64,000 nt of DNA, from assembly GCA_029256705.1 (NCBI GenBank), contig JAQSXK010000001.1:29864-93863 (forward strand). Direction: 5' to 3'. Below the pieces are notes generated by a model. That model had not been told where the DNA came from. It ran no database searches and saw nothing but the letters and a program-made list of their open reading frames with translations. A program made the translations under genes and the position numbers. Positions 11,414-20,813 of this stretch are shown one piece after another. The first letter of the stretch is position 1. The number at the start of each line of letters is the position of its first letter. This stretch comes from Clostridia bacterium (GTDB taxonomy: Bacteria > Bacillota > Clostridia > TANB77 > CAG-465).

Positions 11414-14400
11414 AAATTTTCTTTTCTACAAATACTACTAAATTCACAATACTTGCAGTGATTTACTTTCTTATTTGGTTTTATACTAACATTACCAGAG
11501 AGTATATCGTTACCTATATCTCTTAATATATCTGTAATATCTAAACATAGTTTTTCAAATTCTTCTTTTGTCTGAAATTTGCTACTTTTCTTATCACTTG
11601 TAACTGAACCTGGAAATACCTCAATTAATTTATCTGTTTCATCTATCTTATTATCCATTAGTTTTAATATTTCGATATCCTTTAAAAATATACCGTCCAT
11701 TCTTAAACTCTCAATAATCTTTTTAGATATTTTGCTCTCGTCTTTAGTATATTCTTTTATATTTATCAATTTTTCAGATAACGTAAAATAAAGCATTCCA
11801 GCTGGAATAATTTCTTCATTATTATCTTTTTTTGAACTATTTATAAATGAGGATAAATATGTTATTAATTGAAGAGAAATTCCTTCTTTAATATCTTCTA
11901 ATTTTAATTTCTTAGTTGAAGATTTATAGTCTACTATTCTAGCATATATTGCATCACCTAATTTTAATGTGTCTATTCTATCTATTTTTCCAACTATATA
12001 CATAGAACTATTACTAAGTTTTATTTCTATAGGTGCAAATAATCCGCCGTTTTTAAATTCTATTTCATAGCCAAATGGTAAAAACTTACTTTGATTAAAA
12101 CTCTGTGCTATCGTTATGATAACTTTATTCATAGTTACTTTTAACTTTTGTTTTAATATTAAATATTTAACATTTTCCTTATGTTTATAAAAAGTTTTAT
12201 CTAGCTCATTATTTATTTGTTCTTCTAATATTTTGTAATACTTTTCTTTATCTAATAAAATTTCATGCCAATTTATATTATTTTCAAGTAAGTATATAGA
12301 AAACTTTTCTAATACATTATGCATAAAGCTTCCTGTATCCATACTTGTTATCGAGAATATTTTTCTTTCATTTAACTTTAAACCATATTTCATAAAATAT
12401 GAAAACGGACATCTTTTAAATAATTCTAATTTAGATACACTTGTCACAAAATCATTTTTATTTATATCCTTCATAGTTTGTTTAGTTAAATTTTCGTTTT
12501 CTCTAATATATTTTAATATATCTTCTAAATCCGAATATTGCGATATATACTTGTATAGTGAAAGCATTTCATCAGTTATACCTTCATCTTTATTAAATAA
12601 CCTAATCAATTTTTCAAATGCATTTTTTCTAGAATAAATATTTTCAAATTCACTTTCGGATATTACATTACCTGTAACCTCCACTTTCAGTAGTTTCTTT
12701 AAAATTATTATTAAACTAGAAGGTCTTAAAGATTTTCCATCTACACTAGATGAAACAAATGAAAAATATAGCTTATCTTCTACATTATTTATTAATTCGT
12801 ATATATTATATAATTGCATATTTAATTTAAATAAACTTGTTTCTTTAAATTTTATATTATAGTTTTCAAGATTTGCAAGCTCAATATCATCAAATAATAG
12901 ATCATCATCAATCTTTTTAGGTAGTTTGTCTTCATTTACACCTACAAAAAACATTATTTTTTTAATACCAGATTTAGATGTATTTACATCTAAAACTTGA
13001 ACTTCATCTATAGTAGGTTCAATACCTTTTACTTTAATATCCTTAAGCGAATATTTTAAAAGTTTATCAAAATCTGCAATAGTTATCTTAGTGTCTTCAT
13101 ATATTTTGGTTACTGATGAAAATACTTCACACAAATTATCCCACATTTGATATCCAAGATTTCCGTTATATTTAATTGTAGGGTCATTATTATTTTTCAT
13201 CTTGTCTATAACTATATAATAATTATCCAATATTTTATTTTCTAACAAATGATCGTATATTTTTTCTATTATTTCTAAAGTTGTATGTTTAACAGAAGTA
13301 AATTTAGATATACCTTGAAATATATTTATTACTTGTTTTCTTGTTTCGTTTAATTTATCTAAATTGTATATAGTGCCATTAGATGAGTTATTATATAAAA
13401 ATTCTCTCTCAAACTTATATCTATCATTATTAAATTCTAAAACATAATTTTCCAAATATGATATATCTTCTATACTTATGTCGTTTAAACCAAATTTTAA
13501 TATTTGAAAAATATTTTCTATCTTATATCCTGTTTTACATATTTCAATTAGCTTTTGTATGTATTTAATCAAAACATTGCTTTGTATATTAACTTTAGAA
13601 TCTATATACACAGGTATATTATATTCATAAAAAGTTTTACGCACAACATATGAATATTCATCAACATTTGATGTATATATTACAAAATCTTTGTATCTAC
13701 ATCCTTGTCTTATTTTTTCAGATATTATATTTGCTATTTTATCTATTTCTGTATATATATTAGTCGTTAAACTTACTAATATATTATTTGCTTCTATTTT
13801 ATTATTTGAAATATCAGACATAAAAATATTATTTGATAAATATTTTATATCCTCTTTTGCATTAGAAAAATTAGAACGCATTATTTCTGTATCTATTTTC
13901 AAATTTAATTTTTTAGCGTATTTTAACAGAGTAATTAAAGTTAAATTTGCTTGTGTAAATATATTTGAAATATCTTCCATAAGTAGATTTGAAAGTTCGT
14001 TAGGGCTATAGCATGTTATATCATTTTCTAATATATCTGCAACATTTGTAGTTATACTAAATGTAACATTAAAGTTAAGTTTTAAAAGTAATTTAATAAA
14101 TTTAAACTCATGATTGGTAAAATTATTATATGCATCAAAATATACACATGTACTACTAACATCTTTTCCTTCATAGAGCCTTTCAAACAAATTTAAAAAT
14201 ATGTCTGTTTCATCTATTACATCTATAAATTTATTTTCAGTATAATCAATATATTCTTTATATACATTTGTTATTTCTTTTAGTTTATATTCTAATAACT
14301 TATCTGAAAGTTGTAAAGAATTTATTTCATCTATATTAATATCTTCTTTTTTAAATATATCCATATATATGTTTAAATTTTCTAAAAAACCTTCTTTATT

Positions 14401-14730
14401 TTTAACTTTTTTAAACATATTAAATAAATCAGGGTTTTCAAGCATTATTTTAGTTAAAATAAGTTTCCTGTCTAGTTTAGATATAAATTTATCTTCATGA
14501 TTTACATTATATTGGTTTAAAAAGTCTTTAATATATGAACTTATAGTGGTTACATTTAAATCTATGATACCAGGTTTATTTTGAAAGCTTATATAGTTTT
14601 CCTCTGCCAAAACCCTTGTTTGAGAGGGAACAAAATATATAACCTTTTTACCTAATAGTATATCATTATCTATTTGATCATATATATATTTTGACTTTCC
14701 TGTTTTACTCTTACCTAGTACTAGATTCAT
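11407..14730 (-). CDS. addB: ATP-dependent helicase/nuclease subunit AddB
   Basis: N-terminal GKSKTGKS, SVSKLE..RCPFSYF, GKIDRID..IVDYKS nuclease motif, CKYCEFSSIC Fe-S staple. Confidence 0.9.
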   Translation of the reverse strand: MNLVLGKSKTGKSKYIYDQIDNDILLGKKVIYFVPSQTRVLAEENYISFQNKPGIIDLNVTTISSYIKDFLNQYNVNHEDKFISKLDRKLILTKIMLENPDLFNMFKKVKNKEGFLENLNIYMDIFKKEDINIDEINSLQLSDKLLEYKLKEITNVYKEYIDYTENKFIDVIDETDIFLNLFERLYEGKDVSSTCVYFDAYNNFTNHEFKFIKLLLKLNFNVTFSITTNVADILENDITCYSPNELSNLLMEDISNIFTQANLTLITLLKYAKKLNLKIDTEIMRSNFSNAKEDIKYLSNNIFMSDISNNKIEANNILVSLTTNIYTEIDKIANIISEKIRQGCRYKDFVIYTSNVDEYSYVVRKTFYEYNIPVYIDSKVNIQSNVLIKYIQKLIEICKTGYKIENIFQILKFGLNDISIEDISYLENYVLEFNNDRYKFEREFLYNNSSNGTIYNLDKLNETRKQVINIFQGISKFTSVKHTTLEIIEKIYDHLLENKILDNYYIVIDKMKNNNDPTIKYNGNLGYQMWDNLCEVFSSVTKIYEDTKITIADFDKLLKYSLKDIKVKGIEPTIDEVQVLDVNTSKSGIKKIMFFVGVNEDKLPKKIDDDLLFDDIELANLENYNIKFKETSLFKLNMQLYNIYELINNVEDKLYFSFVSSSVDGKSLRPSSLIIILKKLLKVEVTGNVISESEFENIYSRKNAFEKLIRLFNKDEGITDEMLSLYKYISQYSDLEDILKYIRENENLTKQTMKDINKNDFVTSVSKLELFKRCPFSYFMKYGLKLNERKIFSITSMDTGSFMHNVLEKFSIYLLENNINWHEILLDKEKYYKILEEQINNELDKTFYKHKENVKYLILKQKLKVTMNKVIITIAQSFNQSKFLPFGYEIEFKNGGLFAPIEIKLSNSSMYIVGKIDRIDTLKLGDAIYARIVDYKSSTKKLKLEDIKEGISLQLITYLSSFINSSKKDNNEEIIPAGMLYFTLSEKLINIKEYTKDESKISKKIIESLRMDGIFLKDIEILKLMDNKIDETDKLIEVFPGSVTSDKKSSKFQTKEEFEKLCLDITDILRDIGNDILSGNVSIKPNKKVNHCKYCEFSSICRKENLC

Positions 14731-14740
14731 TACTTCACCT

Positions 14741-15286
14741 TCAATTCTCTATATCATTTATCATCATTTGTTCATCTTTAATTTTTATATCTTCATAATT
14801 AGGAAGTTCAGATATATTCTTTATATTACAGTTTTTTAAAAACTCTCTTGTTACTGAATATATAGCTGGTCTACCAGGAGCATTAAGTCTTGCAACTTCT
14901 TCAATTAGTCCACATTCTAGTAATCTACCTACTGCAAAGTCACTACTTACTCCTCTTATTCTTTCTATTTCTGCCTTTGTTATTTTGGAATTATATGCAA
15001 TTATTGTTAGCGTTTCCATTGCAGATGAAGATAAATTCTGCCTTTTAGTATTTTCAATGAATAAATTAACATACTCATAATATTTTTTATTTGTTACAAG
15101 TTGTACACTATCTTCAATGAGATATAAAACAATAGCATTTGATTCGTTATACTTTTTCTTTAAATTTTCCACTCCACTATTTATTTCATTCAAATCTACC
15201 TTTAAAGTTTGAGATAATTCATCTAAAGTGATACTTCTTCCTAAAGCAAATAAAACTGCTTCTATAATATTTTCTATGTTTTCCAT
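14741..15286 (-). CDS. scpB: SMC-Scp complex subunit ScpB
   Basis: IEAVLF, LS..AMETL.IIAY, ITKAEIERIRGV, PGRPAIY..T.EFL. Confidence 0.93.
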   Translation of the reverse strand: MENIENIIEAVLFALGRSITLDELSQTLKVDLNEINSGVENLKKKYNESNAIVLYLIEDSVQLVTNKKYYEYVNLFIENTKRQNLSSSAMETLTIIAYNSKITKAEIERIRGVSSDFAVGRLLECGLIEEVARLNAPGRPAIYSVTREFLKNCNIKNISELPNYEDIKIKDEQMMINDIEN

Positions 15287-15299
15287 TTAAATTTTCCCC

Positions 15300-18044
15300 C
15301 TAATTATTACTTTCTAAAATGTTAGCACAATCATAACAAGCATAGCGGTATTTTATATGCCTACCTACATCGTTTTTATAATTATGACACCTTTCACATT
15401 TTTGTGCTTCAGATTTTTGCAATAAAACAACAAATTTATTAGAAATTTCAACATCAATATTTGATATATTTAATGCTTTTAAGATGTCATTATTATTTTG
15501 CTGTATAAACTCACACATTTTCTTTTTACATTTTACTAAAATAGATGCTTGTAATGTATCACCTATTATATTATCATTTTGGGCACTTGATATATATTTT
15601 CTTATTTTCTTTTTAAAATTAAATATTTTATTCCACTTTTCACATTCTTTAAAATAATGATCTATATTATTTTCTTTATTTTCTCTTTCATATAACAAAT
15701 TATCAAAATCAGTTAAATATGAACAACTTTCAATAAATAAATATGGTACAATTGGGCTAAGATAAATATTAAGCATGTTAAATATATCATATAACATAGA
15801 TTGAGTTGACCTTCTAATTATACTATCTTGTTTTAAAATATACAAGTTGTATTTTATAGAATTGAAATATTCTTCACATAAAGTTTCTAAACAAAAGTCT
15901 TTAATTAAAATATATGCCTCATAAAAATCAAATTCATTATAGCACCTTATAAGTTTTTTGCGTAAATCATTAGTTTTAGTATAAATATACTTGTCCAAAT
16001 CTGTTCTATTTTCTATATTTATATAATGTTTTTTAAAATCAAAGTCAGATATGTTAGATATTATAAACCCAAGTGTTTTTCTTATATTGGTATATATTCT
16101 TTCTTCATATCTTACATTATTTTCGTCTATTAATATACTTTTGTTTTTGGATTTATGTAATGCCCATAACCTTAATATATCAGGCCCATATTTATTTATT
16201 ATATCCTCGATATCTATATTTGTTATTATAAAATCTTGATCATCCTTAAGATTTTTTATATCTTCTTTCAAATAGAATTTTGGAACACCTAAAATCTTTT
16301 TATTTTTAATTATATTTCCATATATGAAAAACTTATCTATTTTTTTCATTTCTTCATTAAATCTGTCATTATATCTATTTATCTCTACACTTTTAATAAA
16401 CTTATCTATATTTGAAATAAATATATTATTTATTTTTTCATAACTTGAATCTATACTTGTTATATCTGAAGATAATATTTCAAATGATTCATTAAATAAA
16501 TTTTCATTCTTATAAAAAAATATACCACCACAATCACAGGCTATAACACCATCTAATAATTCTTCCGGGGTCATTTTATATACATTTTCACTGCCGTACT
16601 TTTCAATTTTATCTTTATATTGTTTAATAACCTTTTCGTTTATTATTTTTTTATTACAAAGACCACAAGTAATAGATGGAATTATAACACCCCTATTTGT
16701 ATTTTTTGATATTTTTAAATATTGAGATTTTTTACCCAAAAAATTAATATGCATACTAGACTTTTTTAATATTTTATTTATATCATTTTCTATGGATTTA
16801 TTATCACTTTCTTTTATATACCATTCTGAAAGGTATCTATATACAAGTTCACTATCACAATTACTACATTTAGGAATATTAATTTTTTTTCTATCTATGA
16901 AAAGTAACATATCTGATTTTCTAAGTTTATCGATTATATTAAAGTTGACATCTTTGTAATCCATAAATTTATATTCATCTATAACTGCGCAAATTTTTCC
17001 ATCCATATCTATATAGTTTCTTATTTGATTTAAACCATTTTCTTTAAATATAGAATACTCTAAATAACTATGCGCAGGCGTTATAGTTATTGCTTTAGTA
17101 TTTATTTTTGATAAATCCATATTTGTAGTCAAACATTTTATTTTTTTACTAGAATCTATGGAACTCGAGAACGTCATATTTTCTAACATATTCCCAGATA
17201 AAGTTTTTTTAATTTTATATTTAAAAATAAGTGCATTTGCCATATAATCTTCTACATATTTACTAGCAATTATATAATGCAATTCTACTCCCTGCTGCGA
17301 TATAACCTCTACTATACTATACTCTTCGTCTTTTTGAACAGCAATATTACTGATTCCAATTAAAGTCCAAGGTCTTATTGTGGAAGCAATAATAAAGGTA
17401 TTTCTTAAATTATTATATTCAGCTAAAACATAATCTGGATCATCTTGAGCTCTAAATAATATATGAAATATTGAAACATTAATTTTATTATTTACCTCTA
17501 TTACATTTTTACATTTTGTACAACATTTAGTAGGTGTATCCACACTATATATTTTACCAGAATTGTATAATTCAAAAAATAAATCAATCATCTTTTGTGA
17601 AAATCTAAGACTAGTAGTAGTGTTATATAATTTTGTAAAATCAATAATACTACCAGATTTATTTATTGTGTTTATTTCTTTTTTTATAACATCATTCATG
17701 CTTTTAAATTTTTTGTTATTACTTTCTGTACTATTTGTATATGAAAGTAATAATTTAGTTTCCGCTATTTGTCCACTCATTAGTGAATATCTTATAATAA
17801 TATCTTTCAAAATATTACCTAAGAGATCATTGTTAGTAAGTTTAGTATCTAGTTCAATAGGTACCTCAGATATATACGTTTTTATTTTTGAGTTACGGTT
17901 TATTTCTAATGATTTTATATAGTTATTACTTGTTAATAACTTATCATTAAAATATCCTGTTCTTAATTCTAAACTTGCATACACACTCAAAGTTTTTTTA
18001 GGTAGATTTAAAGTTTTTTCAAAATTTCTATTATTTATATCCAT
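15300..18044 (-). CDS. Degenerate full-length isoleucyl-tRNA synthetase paralog (HIGH and KMSKS lost)
   Basis: KTLNLPK, ILKDIIIRY, PWTL, YGPDILRLW, RRSTQS, KCERCH...CYDCA are colinear with type 1 IleRS; catalytic motifs absent. Confidence 0.85.
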   Translation of the reverse strand: MDINNRNFEKTLNLPKKTLSVYASLELRTGYFNDKLLTSNNYIKSLEINRNSKIKTYISEVPIELDTKLTNNDLLGNILKDIIIRYSLMSGQIAETKLLLSYTNSTESNNKKFKSMNDVIKKEINTINKSGSIIDFTKLYNTTTSLRFSQKMIDLFFELYNSGKIYSVDTPTKCCTKCKNVIEVNNKINVSIFHILFRAQDDPDYVLAEYNNLRNTFIIASTIRPWTLIGISNIAVQKDEEYSIVEVISQQGVELHYIIASKYVEDYMANALIFKYKIKKTLSGNMLENMTFSSSIDSSKKIKCLTTNMDLSKINTKAITITPAHSYLEYSIFKENGLNQIRNYIDMDGKICAVIDEYKFMDYKDVNFNIIDKLRKSDMLLFIDRKKINIPKCSNCDSELVYRYLSEWYIKESDNKSIENDINKILKKSSMHINFLGKKSQYLKISKNTNRGVIIPSITCGLCNKKIINEKVIKQYKDKIEKYGSENVYKMTPEELLDGVIACDCGGIFFYKNENLFNESFEILSSDITSIDSSYEKINNIFISNIDKFIKSVEINRYNDRFNEEMKKIDKFFIYGNIIKNKKILGVPKFYLKEDIKNLKDDQDFIITNIDIEDIINKYGPDILRLWALHKSKNKSILIDENNVRYEERIYTNIRKTLGFIISNISDFDFKKHYINIENRTDLDKYIYTKTNDLRKKLIRCYNEFDFYEAYILIKDFCLETLCEEYFNSIKYNLYILKQDSIIRRSTQSMLYDIFNMLNIYLSPIVPYLFIESCSYLTDFDNLLYERENKENNIDHYFKECEKWNKIFNFKKKIRKYISSAQNDNIIGDTLQASILVKCKKKMCEFIQQNNNDILKALNISNIDVEISNKFVVLLQKSEAQKCERCHNYKNDVGRHIKYRYACYDCANILESNN

Positions 18045-18079
18045 ATAATAACTCCTTCATTTGAAGATTTATGGCAATT

Positions 18080-19186
18080 TTATTTTCTTTTAAATTTTAA
18101 AATATGTTTAATTCCTACTGCATGAACTGGACAATGCTCTAAACAACAAAAACATCTTATACATTTATTTTTGTCTTTTAAAACAACTTTATTATTTATT
18201 AATTTAAGTGCATTAACTGGGCACCTATCTATACATAATTTGCATCTTATACACTTCTTACTATTAAATGTTGGATAAGGTTTAATAAATTTAGTTAATC
18301 TAAAAACTTGGCCAAAACGCTTTTTAGATAAAGTATCTGGAAGTTTAAAATCTTTCATGGTTATGTCTTTTAGTTTTTCTCCCACAACTTCAATTGATTT
18401 TGGATTAGTAAGTATACCTCTTTCAATACTGTTTTTAACAATATATGAATCTTCTAATTTTAAATTTATTAATTTAGAAGCTATATAATCTATTTCAAAT
18501 TGATTACTCGAAGCTATTACTAGTCCAGTATTTCTTGGACTACCAGAATTGGGTCCATTACCTTCCATCGAATATATTGCATCAACTATTGTTATTTGAT
18601 TTTTAACATAACTAGATATATCTATTATTGCATCCGCAAAATCACTATAGTTTGGATAAATAGAATGAATTTCAGCCTTTCTTTCACCTGGAACTATTCC
18701 AAATAGATTTTTAACTGCACATGTTAAATTCATCATAGCATGAGTTTTAAGTTTTGGAAGATTTATAACTAAATCTGCATTTAATATTGGATTTATAATC
18801 TCTATATTTTTTACAAATTTTCCACTTATATTAACTAATTTAGATGTAGTATCTAAATTTAAAATAGCACCTGTATCCTCTATCTCTGAATAGCCTAATT
18901 TTTCATAAACTTTAGATAAACCTCTACTACTATATTTTCCTGGTGGACTATCACAAATTATACATTTAGCCCCAAGAGATACGACTTTCTTTGCTACACA
19001 CTTTGTAAACAAATGATGAGTAGTAGTTGCTGTATTTTCATCCCTTATAGCTAATAAATTTGGTTTCAATACAACGTTCATGCCACTTATTATTTTTTCA
19101 TTAAATTTTAAATCAAAAAATATCTTTTGGATTGAATCATCAATTAATTTTTCATCATAAGTTTCACATTTATATATACCAACCAT
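18080..19186 (-). CDS. DUF362 protein with C-terminal 2x[4Fe-4S] ferredoxin domain
   Basis: VLKPNL, INLPKLKTH, AVKNLFG, MEGNGP; two CxxCxxCxxxCP motifs. Confidence 0.9.
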   Translation of the reverse strand: MVGIYKCETYDEKLIDDSIQKIFFDLKFNEKIISGMNVVLKPNLLAIRDENTATTTHHLFTKCVAKKVVSLGAKCIICDSPPGKYSSRGLSKVYEKLGYSEIEDTGAILNLDTTSKLVNISGKFVKNIEIINPILNADLVINLPKLKTHAMMNLTCAVKNLFGIVPGERKAEIHSIYPNYSDFADAIIDISSYVKNQITIVDAIYSMEGNGPNSGSPRNTGLVIASSNQFEIDYIASKLINLKLEDSYIVKNSIERGILTNPKSIEVVGEKLKDITMKDFKLPDTLSKKRFGQVFRLTKFIKPYPTFNSKKCIRCKLCIDRCPVNALKLINNKVVLKDKNKCIRCFCCLEHCPVHAVGIKHILKFKRK

Positions 19187-19890
19187 TAATCTCCTCTTTT
19201 ACTATTTATTATATTTTCTAATTCAATAATTCTTTTAGAAATATCATCTAAATTTGAAGTTAAATAACTTCCCACAACAAAACTATCTACTCCTAATTTA
19301 TTTGGTCTAATTATTGTACTATCATTTATTCCACCATCTATTTGGACTAGTTTCTTCATATCTAAAGCTATTTCTATCTTTTTATTTACCTTATTAATAT
19401 AAGTTTGACCTCCCATACCAGGTTTTACACTCATTAAAAGAATAACATCACACATACTTGAATAATTAAATATTTTTTTAATATCTGTATCTGGTTTTAT
19501 TGATATACCAATAGATAATTTCTTTTTTTCTTTTTTTAAACTATCTTTAATAGTATTCAAATATTTTAAATTGTCATATAGGTTGTCAATTTCATAATGA
19601 ATAGTTATATTATCTGCGCCTAACTCTAATGCCTTATCTATATACTCTTTAGGATTAGAGCACATTAAATGTACATCAACAAAAAAATTATATTTTTTAA
19701 CAACTCTTATTAACTCTATATTAATACCATGATTAGCTACAAAATCTCCATCCATTACATCAAAATGAATAATTAAGTTATTTAAACTAAATTCTTTTTT
19801 TATTTCATTTAATTTAAATAAAAAGTTTTCTAAATCATCTACATTCAAAATAGATATTGAAATAGTTTTTTCTTTTAAAAAATTACTCAT
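19186..19890 (-). CDS. rpe: Ribulose-phosphate 3-epimerase
   Basis: HFDVMDG.FV, DVHLM, MSVKPG.GGQ, IDGGIN, VVGS. Confidence 0.93.
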   Translation of the reverse strand: MSNFLKEKTISISILNVDDLENFLFKLNEIKKEFSLNNLIIHFDVMDGDFVANHGINIELIRVVKKYNFFVDVHLMCSNPKEYIDKALELGADNITIHYEIDNLYDNLKYLNTIKDSLKKEKKKLSIGISIKPDTDIKKIFNYSSMCDVILLMSVKPGMGGQTYINKVNKKIEIALDMKKLVQIDGGINDSTIIRPNKLGVDSFVVGSYLTSNLDDISKRIIELENIINSKRGD

Positions 19891-19901
19891 ACACTACCTC
19901 T

Positions 19902-20802
19902 TCACTTATATTTAACATCTTCTTTTTCCTTTAAAGATGTATATATATATTTATACCTTTCATATCTTTGCGCATCTATTTCACTATTATCTACTGCCTG
20001 TTTAACCTTACATACTTTTATGCCTTCGTTTATATGATTACAATCTAAATAATCACATGTATATTTATCAAATTCCTCATAGTATTTTTTTAAATCTTCA
20101 GATTCTATATCATATAAATCATAGCTTGAAAACCCTGGAGTATCTAAGATATATGAATTTTGGCATATACTATATAATTTTACATACTTTGTTGTATGCT
20201 TACCTTTGTTTATTTTAGAAGCTATCTCTCCAACTTCTATATTCAGTAAATTATTATTTAATAGTTTCATTATTACAGAAGATTTACCGTACGCCAGAAT
20301 TACCTGAAAAAGCAGATGTTTTACTTAATAATTTTTCTTTCAATTTTTCTAAGCCAATTTCATCTTTACTACTTATTTCTAGAATTTCAATATTAGAATA
20401 AGTTTTTTTAATATACTCTAAATCAATATTTAAATCATCATTAAGTAAATCAATTTTATTAATACATATTATTGGAGTAATATTTTTACTTCTACATAGA
20501 ACTAATTGTTTATCTAATAAAATATAATCTGGTTTAGGATTATCTATAGATACTAATAGTATCATTTGATCGATATTGCTTACAGGTGGACGTATAACGA
20601 AATTTTTTCTTTGGTATATTTCTGTTATAACATAAGTATCATAACTTTTGTTTATATTAACAATATCTCCAACATATATTTTATTTTTTTTCATATTACC
20701 AGGTAAAATAGCAGTATGAAGAGAATTACTCTCTTCATCTACTGTTATATACTTATCTAGTAATATCTCTATTACTTTTGACTTAATAAAATCCTTATTC
20801 AA
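19902..20802 (-). pseudogene. rsgA: Ribosome small-subunit GTPase RsgA split by a +1 frameshift (pseudogene, sequence error or recoded gene)
   Basis: ORF 20284-20802 (RPPVSNID, INKID, GNSGV) and ORF 19902-20270 (GKHTT, DTPG, Cys/His Zn finger) join as GNSGVGKSS if one base near 20289 is skipped. Confidence 0.92.
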
Positions 20803-20813
20803 ATTAATCTCCT

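Noticed and set aside
15300-18044. Annotation as functional ileS
   Set aside because: HIGH, KMSKS and editing motifs are all missing, so the gene symbol was withheld.
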